A DNA stretch of 64,000 nucleotides, from the NCBI GenBank assembly GCA_951406725.2, contig OX597814.1:34472001-34536000 (forward strand). Reading direction: 5' to 3'. Origin of the DNA: Octopus vulgaris. Its lineage: Eukaryota. Positions 27,040 through 40,679 of this stretch are shown piece after piece. The notes beneath the pieces were generated by a model that did not search any database, had not been told where the DNA came from, and saw only the letters and a list, made by a program, of their open reading frames with translations. Each line of letters opens with the position of its first letter. Position 1 is the first letter of the stretch. Both the position numbers and the translations under genes were made by a program.

Positions 27040-27240
27040 TGATTTCAAATTTTGGAACAAGGCCAGAAATTTCGGGGGAAGGATGAAGTCGATTACGTCG
27101 TCTCGTACTTCTTCTATCGACCCTGAAAGGATGAAAGGTAAAGTCAATCTGGGCGGAACTTGAAATCAGAACGTAAAGACAGACGGAATGATGCTAAGCA
27201 TTTTGCTCGATATGCTAATGGGTGTACCAGCTAGCCGCCG
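27040..27240 (-). mobile_element. SINE family A
   Basis: gaaaggatgaaaggtaaagtc...cagaacgtaaagac. Confidence 0.8.
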
Positions 27241-27261
27241 TAACAATTCCAAATATTAAAA

Positions 27262-27452
27262 AATTTTGGCACAAAGCCAGCAATTTTGACTGTTGGACAA
27301 AGTCAATTACTTTGATATCCGTGTTCAACTGGTACTTATTTTACCAACCCCGAAAGGATGAAAGGCAAAGTCGACTTCGGAGGAATTTGAACTCATAACG
27401 TAAACACAGACGCTTTTGTCTGGCGTGCTAACGGTTCTGCCAGCTAGCCGCC
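27262..27452 (-). mobile_element. SINE family A, tandem to the previous copy
   Basis: cccgaaaggatgaaaggcaaagtcgac...ttctgccagctagccgcc. Confidence 0.8.
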
Positions 27453-27486
27453 ACAAAAACTACACTTATTGAAATATCAGTATATT

Positions 27487-27646
27487 AGGCGCAGGAGTAG
27501 CTGTGTGGTAAGTAGCTTACTTCCCAACCACATGGTTCCGGGTTCATTCCCACAGCGCGGCATCTTGGGCAAGTGTCTTCTACCATAGTATCTAGCCAAC
27601 CAAAGCCTTGTGAGTGGATTTGGTAGACGGAAACTGAAAGAAGCCC

Positions 27647-27719
<73 letters not shown>

Positions 27720-27929
27720 GTGTTTGTGTGTCTGTGTTTGTTCCCCATATTGCTTGTCAACGGATGTTGCTGTGTTTACGTCCCCGTAACCTAGCGGTTC
27801 GGCAAAAGAGACCGATAGAATAAGCACATGGCTTACAAAGAATATGTTCTGGGGTCAATTTGTTCGACAAAAGGCGGTGCTCCAGCATGGCTGCAGCCAA
27901 ATGACTGAAACAAGTAAAAGAATAAAAGA
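27487..27929 (+). mobile_element. SINE family B, full length
   Basis: Head, internal (TA)n and tail as at 13644. Confidence 0.88.
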
Positions 27930-28794
27930 ATGTATTCATCTTTGTTGCGCTGAGCATAGATGTATACGAACAGATTTTGAGCGCTAGTGGTTATTACCTA
28001 AAGTATTTAGGAAATGACAGATAATTCTCGATAGGTTGCCCTGTCTTCTGCATAAATACCTAGCAGCATGATTATTTAAGACGCATAAGATCAAATGTCT
28101 TTCTCAGAAACATAACATAAGGCAACAATAACCTTGAAAACAGATGTTGTTGGTCTAAAGTTTTAATAAGTCCGTCACTTCACCTCTGTAGTCAAGCTTA
28201 AAGTATTTTTAAATCATTAACTAATCGTATCTTTATATAGTATATAATGACATATTCAATATCGATGACACAGAATCAAGGATATTCGGGTCATCGTTTC
28301 GACATGGCCATCCATTATTTAGGATTATACTGAAGTGTTCATAAATCAAAATGTATTATGGCAGCCAAATTTAACATTACACATTAGTTGATAAGAAGTG
28401 ATAAATCTGATTTTAATTTGTGAATACTCTCCCTTTATTGAAAAATAAGTTTTGCAGCGTTCTCAAATGTACTTTTGTTAATTACATACTCATTCTGTTT
28501 GCAGTGACTTTTTTAATTATAGATTTATTCAAATTTTTATGTTTGCCATAAAGAAAAGTTAGTCGTAACCTTCTATTAGAATCCATTGCTATTTAAAATG
28601 CTTTAAAGGCATAGTCTCTTAGTACTTGATTTTTAGAGAAGAGAAGCCATGGAAAATATTACCAAATTAACGTGCAGCATCTTTTGCATCAGTGGTTTTA
28701 TTTTGTGGTAAAAAAGTTACGGGAATTATAAGTTACGAGCTGTTATTGTTTAGCCTCATATTAGCTCTGCTCAAACAGATCTGTGATCAAAGGA

Positions 28795-29887
28795 GTTAGA
28801 AATCCAGGTAAACTGGCATCTGTCTGTTGAAAGAATTTCCAAAAGTAACTAGTTGCGACTTCTCTTGAAAATGGACTAAATTTGGCATTGTGGTGTTATC
28901 AAATACCTGCAGAAAAAGGGATTTGTTCCCAAGAACACTCATACTTACATGGCTGCTGCATCAAGGGATGACACTCCAACTTTTTCAACGGTGAAAAGTG
29001 GGCACCTGAATTTAGGAGTGGAAGAAAGAGTTTTGAAGATAACCCAAGGTTCTGCAATAGCTACCACAGAAGAAAACATAGAATGTATTCACCAAATGGC
29101 AGAGATTGACAGGCGATTAATTATAGATCAAATATTCAGTGCTATTAGCGTCATCTGTGAGGGAGTTGAGAATATTCTGCACAATGAACATAGCATGACA
29201 AAGGCTTCTGCTCGGTGGGTGCCACGTGCTCTGGCACCTGATCAAAAGCGCATCGGGCTGATCACAACAATGGAAAATCTAACATTGTTTCAGGCAGATC
29301 CAGTTGGTTGACTTGAACATTTCTTAAGCTAGGATGAGTGTTGAGTTCATCACTTTTAACTAGAGACAAATAAATAATCTATGAGTGGAAACGTCTCTCC
29401 TCACCAGCTCCAAAGAAAGCCAAGGTCATTTCAACAGCAGGGAAGGTGATGGCCTCTATATTTGGGGATGCAAAAGGCATTGTGTTTATGCCAACTAGTT
29501 AAGACAGTTCTAAAAGCTAACAAAATGAAACGGCCAGGAAAACTGCTCCAGCATACATGTTCTTGGTCTCAATCACTGCAGTGCGTGGCGGGCTTTGACC
29601 TATTTGCTCACTCTTCTTATTCTCCTGATTCGAATGCATCTATTCCCCAACATGGAAAACACTAGATAGGGAATTAGTATCGCAGTGATATTGACGTCAT
29701 ATCTACCGTTGATAACTCTTTTGACCAGCAGGATGAAAGCTTCTTCACTGATTGGATCCATGTACTGCAACACCGATGGAAGAAATGTGTGGACCACAAG
29801 GGGGACTATGCTGAAAGATAAACATCACTATGTCTCATTCCATGAGAGTACCTTGATCAGCTTATGAACTTTTCAGCCGACCTCGTA
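28795..29887 (+). mobile_element. Decayed mariner (DD34D-type) transposon
   Basis: ARWVPRAL and YSPDS motifs, broken DE region; right terminus gaacttttcagccgacctcg followed by TA at 29886. Confidence 0.85.
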
Positions 29888-29933
29888 CACAAAACAAATA
29901 GATGATAATAAAAATTACATATATAATTGAAAA

Positions 29934-29982
29934 GGGTTACCACGGCCACAACGTGGGGTCCTAACCACTAGACGATCACGGT
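29934..29982 (-). pseudogene. Truncated tRNA-His(GTG): 5' ~49 nt only, T-arm and 3' acceptor strand missing
   Basis: Minus strand accgtgatcgtctagtggttaggaccccacgttGTGgccgtggtaaccc matches the invertebrate tRNA-His 5' portion as I recall it; anticodon stem ccacg/cgtgg. Confidence 0.85.
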
Positions 29983-30000
29983 ACGGCACGTCACTTTTGA

Positions 30001-30378
30001 GGCGCAATAGCCCAGTGGTTAGGGCAGCGGACTCGCGGTCGTAGGATCGCGGTTTCGATTACCAGACCGGGCGTTGTGAGTGTTTATTGAGCGAAAACAC
30101 CTAAAGCTCCATGAGGCTCCAGCAGGGATGGTGGTGATCCCTGCTGTACTCTTTCACCACAAATTTCTCTCACTCTTACTTCCTGTTTCTGTTGTACCTG
30201 TATTTCAAAGGGCCGGGCTTGTCACTCTCTGTGTCACGCTGAATATCCCCGAGAACTACGTTAAGGGTACACGTGTCTGTGGAATGCTCAGCCACTTACA
30301 CGTTAATTTCACGAGCAGGCTGTTCCGTTGATCGGATCAACCGGAACCCTCGTCGTCGTAACCGACGGAGTGCTTCCA
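30001..30378 (+). mobile_element. SINE family C, tRNA-derived (Arg-like TCG loop), apparently young
   Basis: ggcgcaatagcccagtggttagggcagcggacTCGcggtcgtaggatcgcggtttcgatt head with A/B boxes; CpG-rich body. Confidence 0.78.
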
Positions 30379-31233
30379 ATTGAAAAGGATATAAAACACC
30401 AGGTTGATCTAGCCATGCACTGGTGAGAAATCGTCAGTAGGATTGGGTCAGAATATCCCACGAATTGCTGTGTCTGCTGCCTACCACTCTTCATATTGGA
30501 ATCTAATGCATCCAACGAAACCATGATCACTTTTTAGCATTGGACTTTACAAGTCGAATCCCAGGTCGTAGGATTTTCAGCTTATGATAGTTTAGTAGTT
30601 TGGTTTTCACTAATGCTCTGTCTTCCGATTGTCTTTCGAAATCTTCCGGTTATTTCCATCTCTCTAATAAGCATCTGGTCATTATCGTCGTGCTTGAAGA
30701 GTTTCCATTTGTTCCATAAGGAAGATATTGGTATTTTGCTCTATCATGAAATATGTGTCCCGGAGGAAGGGGACTTCTCCTTGTACGTTCTATTTGCCTT
30801 CTTTTGGGATGCACGTTTTTATATGAATTTTGCTTCCCTGTCTCTTCTTTGCACGGTCAAAGCAGTTTTCTACTGCCTCTTTTCGATTCCCACGTCTTCT
30901 TCATAGTTACATGATGATGGACTGACACTTTGGGAGTGGCGGTCTTGGTTTTCTGGTTGTATTCTTTTTGTTGCAAAGGATAAAACAAGGACGACGGCTG
31001 TTGAAACACGAATATATTTCCACGGCCGTCCTCTAATTTCCAGACAGTAAGTTTGTCCTTTTCCTTAATAACACGTCAACTTCGTTGAAATCTTGAATCA
31101 TGAGATTATCTCCCCTTTTGAAGAGGAACTGGTTGAATTGCCAGTTGGTAATTATGGCACATCCTGTAGAGGCACAGATAATCTTAATAAATCAAGAATT
31201 TATGTTGTATGATAGTTCATAAACCTCTCCCTG

Positions 31234-31290
31234 TCTATCTACCTACCTACCTACCTACCTACCTACCTACCTACCTACCTACCTACCTAC

Positions 31291-31337
<47 letters not shown>

Positions 31338-31346
31338 CCTACCTAC

Positions 31347-31437
<91 letters not shown>
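31234..31437. repeat. (ACCT)n/(ATCT)n compound microsatellite
   Basis: Direct reading. Confidence 0.95.
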
Positions 31438-32112
31438 CTGCTATATACAGGTGAATGCCCATGTTTACAAACTCTGTACATAAAGTAGATATTCTATTCT
31501 ATTAGAAGTTGCGAATTTTAATCTATTATTCAAGCGAATGCAGTGTGAACCAGCATGAAAACATAGATTCAAAACAATGCCAAAACCCACTGAAAGGTGT
31601 CGAAATTTAACTTGTTGCTGAAACAGGTAAAAAGTATGCCTCACGTTCTTTCAATGCATATATTCAATTGTAAGGCGGAGAGTATTTGGAATGTTCATCT
31701 AGGCACATGCAAAACACATGTTAAATTCATGTCCTCAGTATCATACATGTAAACCATACGAAAGTAAGATGGTTGTCCCTTTTGATAAAATTTTAATGCT
31801 GTTGCGTTTTTTTTTTCATAATATTAAATTTTGAAGAGGAAGTTCTATGCAGCATTACCAGGAATATAGCACAAGCGAATCGTGACGCATCAGTTATACG
31901 CATACCAACATAAACACGCACGCATACGCCCCCACCACACTCTCCCCACACACTTAAGGGCTCGCCCACAAACCTACATATACATGTATATATGAATAAT
32001 GTATATGTACGTATGTATACATATATGCATAATTTATAAGTCTATATGTTTATATGTATAATTTATATGTATATATTTATATATACTTGTGCATATATAT
32101 ATATATATATAT

Positions 32113-32350
32113 AGGCGTAGTAGTGGCTATGTGGTAAGTAGCTTGCTTACGAACTACATGGTTTTCGGTTCAGTCCAACTGCGTGGAATCTTGGGCAAGT
32201 GTCTTCTACTATAGCCTCGGGTCGACCAAAGCCTTGTGAGTGGATTTGGTAGACGGAAACTGAAAGAAACCCGTCGTATATATGTATATATTTATATATA
32301 TGTATGTGTGTGCATATGTTTGTGTGTCTGTGTTTTTCCCCTTAACTTAG
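32113..32350 (+). mobile_element. SINE family B, 5' half
   Basis: Head through to the TA/GT spacer; tail largely absent. Confidence 0.8.
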
Positions 32351-32962
32351 CAGTATATATATATATATATACGTGTGTAATGGATATCATGCATACATAC
32401 AAACACACACACAAACCACACCCACACATACATTTATTTATTTTTATACATGCAGAGTGACGAAAGAGAGATGGATAGATAGATAGATAGATATGCAGAT
32501 AGATAAATAGAGTGACTGAACGAAAGACATATAAAAGAATTCTCTGAAAATAGTTATTGAATTAGTTTTCGGAAAATAGTAACAAACAGACATCATTCCA
32601 GCAAGACACGTTCGTATGGCCACACACATTTCTATCCACAACACCCCTCTAATTTGCACACATATAAATAACATTAACTATACAATTTCAAAAGCACGTA
32701 ATATCCAACATCCCTATATACAATAATACATACAGTGACACACATTCAATCGTCAGTTGATTCGTTCAAAGATTATTATTGAATTGGCGCTAATCATTTC
32801 ATTTCCTCATATATGTATTCAATAGATTTGTCCATTATTGTAAATAACTATATTACATCGAGTTGCAACAGAAAGTGTTAAGATGTTCTTTATAATCCTT
32901 TTTTAATAACATTCTAATTATAATTCTATTATTACGAATATTATCATCCCCCCCCATCTCTT

Positions 32963-33036
<74 letters not shown>

Positions 33037-33242
33037 TTATGGAAATCATTATTAATAATATAAAGGTAGAAATTCTTATCATTCCAGTATTAATATCATT
33101 ATTATTTTTATTGCATATTTCCACTGTGCAATCGTGCACAGCTTTGTGCGTCTTGAAGTGTTTTGTCTTGACGCTGTGTTTTTCAAAATCATATTGAAAG
33201 AGAGTATTGTACATAGAATGCGCAGAATTTCATAGCAGTTTT

Positions 33243-33537
<295 letters not shown>

Positions 33538-34144
33538 AAACTCGCGACGTATTAAACACTATTATTGAATTAGCTTGAACTTCTATTTGTTTTCATTCCA
33601 CATTTTGTACAATTATTTCTCTATTGTTCATCTTAATATTTGTACATTTAACTTTGTGTGTTCATTTGCCTTTTGTGTGTTGAACCTTTGTTCATTTAAC
33701 ATTAGTGTATTTACCTTTTGTGCAAAATTAATGTTTATAATGCAACAGTGTTGTTGTAGCTGTCGTTATTGTCACCTCTTTTGTTGTTGTTGATCTCTAA
33801 CACTGTTGTGGTGTGAGTTAAATACTCTTCATGTAATTGCTATCGTTTTTGTAACTGTTGTTGTTTCTGTTGCCATGCATTATTCCTTGCTGCTTTTAAT
33901 CGTAAAATGTGCCTCGTTGTTCTGCCGAACGAGCTTCTAGGGGAATTTGGGCACTTATCAAATACATCCCACTGTTCTATTAAAAGAAGGGTCTTAGTGA
34001 AACACTTGATAAATAAAAAGAGAAAAGAAAAAAAAGTGGTCTTTAATATTTTTTGCTTGTGGATCTCTTCGATTCCTATTTTACTCAGGTGGCCCCTTAT
34101 AACCATTCAATGTTTTAAAAAAATCTTATGTTTTTATAATTGAA

Positions 34145-34537
34145 CTAGCAGTATCGCCCGGCGTTGCTCGGGTTTGTAAGGGAAATAACTATACAGCATT
34201 TTTAGAGAGTTATAGCCAAAAAATAGCAAAAAAATGCATTAAAAATGGAAAAAATATGATGGTAAATTTTTTAAAAATCGTTGACTCATTGTAGACATTT
34301 TTAGAGAGTTACTTCCCTTTAAAAATATATGCATGAAAATGGAAAAAAATGATGGTAAATTATTTTTAAAATCGTAGACTCATCGTAGACGCGCGCTAAT
34401 ACCCAGAAGGGCTCGATATCAATCACGACTATAAGATACCCGGTTTTGGTTAAACTACACCGCAAAATGTGGGAGTTGTTAGGAATCTAAATCGAAGGGG
34501 ACAGACACTCACACAACTACAGTTTTATATATAAAGA
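34145..34537 (-). mobile_element. Non-autonomous Helitron, family H1 copy 1
   Basis: Minus strand A|TC start; 3' cccgagcaacgccggg hairpin then CTAG|T; no target-site duplication. Confidence 0.85.
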
Positions 34538-35712
34538 TATTATTAGGAATTGTATAAAAATAAAAAAAAATATTTTGTATATTCTAGAAATATAACCAAT
34601 TTATTGCACATAAATTTTAACAACAAATCTTATATGGATCTTCATGGATCATTGGGACCCCTCTGGTTTAGTCGATCAGCGCTGACTCGGACTAAAATAC
34701 AAGCATACGGAGGTGAGAGCTTCGTTAGTCGAAGCCTGAGAATCATTGCTGGTTACGTCTGAAGCCGGGAGAAGCTGTGCTATTTCTTATGTTATCCTCT
34801 TTGCAACTGTTATTACAAGCGTAGAAGTTATTATTCTTGCTGTAGTGAATTGCTGTCATTGCACCCTAGATCAACTCAGCTCTTATTGAACAGATTCTAA
34901 TCACGAATATCTCGTATAATTTTTAGACTAAGCAAATCTAAAATTCTTATATTCAGTGTCCCCTTCCTTTTTTTGATTAGTTAGAACCGATTTGGTTTCT
35001 ATCTTACTAAATCTAGTAACTATCTAGAGTATTGTTTGCTCGTATTTGATATTGTTATAAAGTTATTGTTACAGATGGCAGAGAGCGCGGTGCATTGATT
35101 GAATTGTTACTGTGTTGGACAAAATATTTTACGGTATTAGTTCAGACTCTTTACTGAGGCCTGTTTTGCACTTCGTCCTTTCTGAGTCTATAAAATGAAG
35201 TGCGTCAGCTACTGGAGCCAATGGTATGGATTTAACTCCCTTTCATCGACATTCATGCTTTATGTCTGTATAAGAAACAGTTTTTATGAGGATGGTGGGT
35301 TGGCAGAATCGTTGAAACTTTGGACAAAATACCTTTGCGTATTTGACTACCTACACTCTGATTTCAGAGCCGACCGAGGCCAACTTTGTCTTTTATATCT
35401 TTTCAGGACTGATAGAATAAATTAATATTGAACTGCTGGTGCCAATATCATCAAGGAATTCCTCTCCACTAATTTTTCAGGTCTTAGGCATATGCTAGAA
35501 AAAAATTATTGTTATCAGAGTCGGTAGAGCGTCAGTTGCACAAAAAGATTGAGACTTTATCGTGTTAGTTTGTTGTGTCACTATTGATGTTGCTCCAGCT
35601 CAGCTCTCATTCAGCAAACCTCTCATCAAAAGCGCATCAGCTACAAGTATTCGGTAATGATACATATTAAGCATACGTCGATTATATATTTAACAGAAAA
35701 CCATAATAATAT

Positions 35713-35890
35713 TGTAAAGTATAGAAGCCATCTTATCATGGCTAACCACATTGGGGAGGGGGTGTTACTTTAGCTTTATAGCCCCAAGAGATCGTCGTCT
35801 CTAGCTGGCTTTAGACACCATATCAGTGCCCTTGGAGTATTTGCAAAGGGAGGCCATCCCTTCCTCGCAAGCCTGAGTGATACGCTCGGA
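35713..35890 (+). repeat. Retroelement 5'-end-like fragment (agccatcttatcatggctaacc...)
   Basis: First ~65 bp also found inside Helitron copies 2 and 3; family assignment (RTE 5' UTR) is inference. Confidence 0.5.
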
Positions 35891-35904
35891 CTAGTTTCGG
35901 GATT

Positions 35905-36289
35905 TTTGTACTCTAGGCACAAAGCCTGAAATTTTTGAGAAGGGGGCTAGTCGATTAGATCGACCCCAGTAGGCAACTGGTACTTAATTTATCGACCCAA
36001 GAAAGACAAAGTCGACTTCGGCGGAATTTGAACTCAGAACGTAAAGACGAATAAAATACCTATTTCTTTACTACTTACAAGGGGCTAAACATAGGACAAA
36101 CAAGGACAGTGAAACAGATTAAGTCGATTATATCGACTCCAGTGCGTAACTGGTACTTAATTTATCGACCCCGAAAGGATGAAAGGCAAAGTCAGCCTCG
36201 GCGGAATTTGAACTCAGAACTTAACGGCGGGCGAAATACGGCTACGCATTTCGCTCGGCGTGTTAACGATTTCGCCAGTTCGCCGCCTT
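35905..36289 (-). mobile_element. Dimeric SINE family A
   Basis: Same junction (taaagaaata|ggtattt) as the nested copy at 22671. Confidence 0.85.
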
Positions 36290-36344
36290 AGACAAAGCAT
36301 ATTAATATTATAATATCTATTGACATAATGAACTATTCAGACAC

Positions 36345-36957
36345 ATGAGCGCTAAGGAAGAAATGATACGATTTGGGACCTCCAGGACTGTGGCAGTTAG
36401 GGATTTAAGGTATATTGGCCGCAAGTCACGTGGGAAACCTGGACAAACAAGCAAAGCTATTTTCACCGCCACCAGACTTCCTCATGTATCGAAAAACCCA
36501 CCAGAAATCGCATCCTCGGGACCATGGCTTCCCTTAGAGAACCGCTGAAACTGCCTCACCACAGGAGTTTGAGGCTTCAACGGGCCCAAGACGTCATGAC
36601 GTTAGACATGAGTTGTGTTCTGTTCACTGACGAATCCAGGGCGACTCTTGACGAATCTGACAGTTCGGGAAATGGTTGGGTCTATTTTGAAGATGAGCAT
36701 CACCAACATTTACGACATCAACAGTTGGGTAGAGGAATCATGTTGTGGGCTGGTATCATTGGGGACAGACTTTGATGGGCCAGTCAGGGTGCTTGAAGAG
36801 GTTAAAGTGGCCGCAGCCGCCTACTGCTATCTTCTGAAGGAGGTCTTGGATCCCTGGCCAGATGATATACTGCTGTCACTTCTGAGGAATCTCGTATTTA
36901 TGCATAGCAACGCTCCCTCCCACTCTGCTAGGACGACCCAAATATTCCTAGGGTCTT
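36345..36957 (+). pseudogene. Decayed Tc1-type transposase fragment (resembles TRT/DD37E group)
   Basis: VLFTDESRATLDE, HQQLGRGIMLWAGIIG, GPVRV and LVFMHSNAPSHSA across a frameshift; truncated by a SINE-A tail at 36957-37045. Confidence 0.8.
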
Positions 36958-37545
36958 AATTAAGTACCAGTTGCGTACTGGAGTCGATCTAATCGACTGG
37001 CCCTCTCCCCCCAAATTTCGGGCTTTGTGCCTAGAGTAGCAAAGAAAAGAATATTTTTCCTATTTTCACTGTGTGGTAGTAAGAGCCTCATTGCATCGTT
37101 GCTTCCGATAACGTTTATTGCTCTTGTTAGCTAGCAACAATACCGTTAATATTGTTGGTAGCGTTAGCAATTCCGTAGTAGACACCGTATGATGATGCAT
37201 TGCATTGACATACGTTCTTTTCCGTTAAGAGGTAAATCCTGCAGGTTTGGAGTGTGTCTTTCATTATTTTGGAGTTGATAACATAAGTACTAATCATATA
37301 TAAATTCGTTATTTCATGACGATATTGCAGTAACGCTTGTTGTTAACAATATTTTTCAGGTTGCCGATATTTTGCTTTGTTGCTACTATTTAACCCAGAT
37401 CAACCCTGATCAAGCTCTAGCATAATCATTTCACCCATGAGTGTCCTGTCGTAGGTTGAGCATATCGTCATCCAATGTGTCACTTTTTGATTTGATAGGG
37501 TATTATTTAAAGGAGACATCGCTGCTATTTCTGTCAGAATGATGT

Positions 37546-37597
37546 GGACACCTCTGATGAGAACCCAAAAAGGTTCGAAAATCGATTAAGGTTGTTC
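37546..37597 (+). ncRNA. Minimal type I hammerhead ribozyme motif
   Basis: ggacacct-CTGATGA-gaacc(caaaaa)ggttc-GAAA-atcgat-TA-aggttgttc: intact core, stems I and II, palindromic stem III. Confidence 0.8.
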
Positions 37598-37610
37598 ATC
37601 ATTTTTATAT

Positions 37611-37788
37611 AGGCGTAGGAGTGGCTGTGTGGTAAGTAGCTTGCTTACCGACCACATGGTTCTGGGTTCAGACCCACTGGGTAGCCCCTTTGGCAAGTGT
37701 CTTCTACTATAGCCTCGAGTCGACCAAAGCATTGTGAGTGGATTTGGTAGACGGGAACTGAAAGAAGCCCGTCGTATAGATATATATG

Positions 37789-37820
<32 letters not shown>

Positions 37821-38035
37821 TGTTTGTGTGTCTGTGTTTGTCCCCCCAACATCGCTTGACAACCGATACTGGTGTGCTTACCTCCTCGTAACTTATCGGC
37901 TCGGCAAAAGAGACCGATAGAATAAGTACTAGGCTTACAGAGAATAAGTCCCGGGGTCGATTTGTTCGACTAAAGGCGGTGCTTCAGCATGGCCACAGTC
38001 AAATGCCTGAAACAAGTAAAAGAGTAAAAGAGTAA
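37611..38035 (+). mobile_element. SINE family B, full length
   Basis: Head, (TA)n and tail ending in (gtaaaaga)x2. Confidence 0.88.
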
Positions 38036-38548
38036 ACCAAAATACTTGGTTTCTATTGTAGTTGAACTATAACTAATACTATTAATCCAATGTCTTTCAA
38101 TTTTGTATGATTCAGGAGAGATTAGGCTGCTGTTTTTAGCCGATGAAGAAAGCCTCACGCTAGTTCGTCGTATTATTGTTTTGAAAACTACTTGTATTGT
38201 CACTGTTGGTGCTGTTTCTACTATTTTATTCCTGTTGTATTACTATTGTATTACTATTGTATTACTGTTAAAATCCCGGATTGGAATGTGACGTGTCTTC
38301 AGTTGATTTAGGATAACAAAGAATTACTTTAAAATCGCGTGACGCACATACCAAATAGTTTCCTGTTTAGCTCTCCCTATAAAAATATTTTCCATTTAAG
38401 CCAAACCACTCCACTGTATTGTTGCATTGTGCTAAAATACGCTAGTGTCATATCATTAAACTTTACTATCCCATTAATGTCCCATAATGTATGTTCGTAT
38501 ATTCCTTTCTGTAACTTTTGCAATATGTATGTATGGGTGCATGCATGC

Positions 38549-38549
<1 letters not shown>

Positions 38550-38619
<70 letters not shown>

Positions 38620-38638
38620 CATATATATATATATATAT

Positions 38639-38669
<31 letters not shown>

Positions 38670-38823
38670 CATATATATACATATACATATATATATACAT
38701 ATATATATATACATATATATACATATATATATACATATATATATGTATATATATATATATATGTATATATATATGTATATATATATATTGTATCTTTATA
38801 TATATGTATGTATATACATACAT

Positions 38824-38890
<67 letters not shown>

Positions 38891-38965
38891 ATATATATAT
38901 ACATATACATGCATACATATATATTTATCCATTTGTATATAAAATGTATATATATATATATGTAT
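38550..38965. repeat. Compound (TA)n/(CA)n low-complexity block
   Basis: Direct reading; source of many YI/HT ORFs. Confidence 0.95.
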
Positions 38966-39124
38966 GAATATATTCATATATAATGTATTATCATATTTTT
39001 ATACGTTTATATATAACAGGTACAATATTAAGTGATGCATAATTTAAACATGAATGAAATGTAAAGTTAATGTCATATTTCAGAGGCAGGGCATATATTA
39101 TGCTTGTGTATACTGCCCACACAC

Positions 39125-39203
<79 letters not shown>

Positions 39204-39637
39204 CGCACATATATATGTATTATATGCACGTATAAACATATATTTGCATATGCATGTCTGTATGTTAAATGCATTATACATACACACAAGCATATAGTAT
39301 ATGTATGTGTAAATTTAGAGAGAGAGAGAGAGAAAGAGAGAGAGGGTGAAAGAGAGAGAGGGTGAAAAAGAGAGAGGGATGGGGACAGAGATTGATAGAA
39401 TGATAGAGAGAGTGGGAGAGAGAGAGAAAGAGAGGAAATGAAACACTGAATAATATTTTAAGTAGCCTGAACTGACACACGATGACTTTTCTCTACTCTG
39501 CCGATAGATCTTTCAATTGCACGGTGAATTTTCTTGCTGGATACACTCTTTGATCCGGCAATATTCCATATCATATTTACCCAAAAACCTACCTACCTAC
39601 TTACCTACCTACTTGCCTACCTACATACCTACCTACC

Positions 39638-39702
<65 letters not shown>

Positions 39703-40467
39703 ACACACACATGTTAAACCGTTAATCCCGACACATTTTTTTCTCTCTCCATTTTTTTCTTTCTCTATTTTCTCCTCTCATCCCTTTCGGTCAAAGAGCA
39801 TAGGCTCAATATGTCAAAGACTTTTCCATTCCATCTGAGCGTCAAACTAAAGCATCTGCTTTTTGTTCCCTCACCTGTTTTCTGTATTGTTTTCTGTACA
39901 TTTGAACTATATATATATATGTGTGTGTGTACACACATGTGAGGTGTTTTATATATGTATATATTTCAAATGAATTGGGTATTTTATGTTTTTTTTATGT
40001 GTATGAATATACATCCTTAGAAATTCTAAACGCCTGTGTATTCAATTATTTGATACTAAGGTACAGCTCTTCATAAATGCGGAAGGCGAAACACTATGGA
40101 GAAAAACAAAACAACTGTATTTATGGCAACGATAATTATTCCAAATAGGGCGGTGAAATGTTGTTACTGAAAATATATAATTACTGAAAAAAACTTCCTT
40201 CTGCTCTATATATACACACCCATATACACGAATAGTCACATGTGAAATATTGTGCCTCTGTATTATTACTCAGCCTACTAGATGTATCAGCCAAATCACC
40301 ATCAAATCGCTCCCTACTGTCAAAAGAAATGAAAGGTACGTTAGATAATGTAGTTCAAAGTATCCATACGAAGACAGAATGGTTGCAAATTCTTTGTACC
40401 ACATCATACATCTGCTGAGGCAGGGTTTCTTTGAGGCTAAAAAAGGTACAACAGTAACATCAACAAT

Positions 40468-40528
<61 letters not shown>

Positions 40529-40679
40529 AAACACACAAACACACACACACACAACTATAAGGCGTTCAGTGGGCTACAGTACAGATTCCATCAACTCAGT
40601 TTAGCTGACAAAGCTTTGGGCAATCCGAGAGCTTTAGTAGAATATTCATAACCAAGGGCCCACGCAGTTATCATTATGA

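Noticed and set aside
30001-30075. Possible functional tRNA-Arg(TCG)
   Set aside because: The cloverleaf stems do not close properly and the sequence continues into a SINE body.
30400-31190. Moderately GC-rich block that may be a retroelement remnant
   Set aside because: No diagnostic motif could be read in any frame, so it is left uncalled.
38339-39365. Long ORFs of YI/HT/CV repeats (also 11784-12333, 44116-44629, 47659-48090 and 59186-62049)
   Set aside because: These are translations of (TA)n, (CA)n and similar microsatellites, which lack stop codons; they are not genes.
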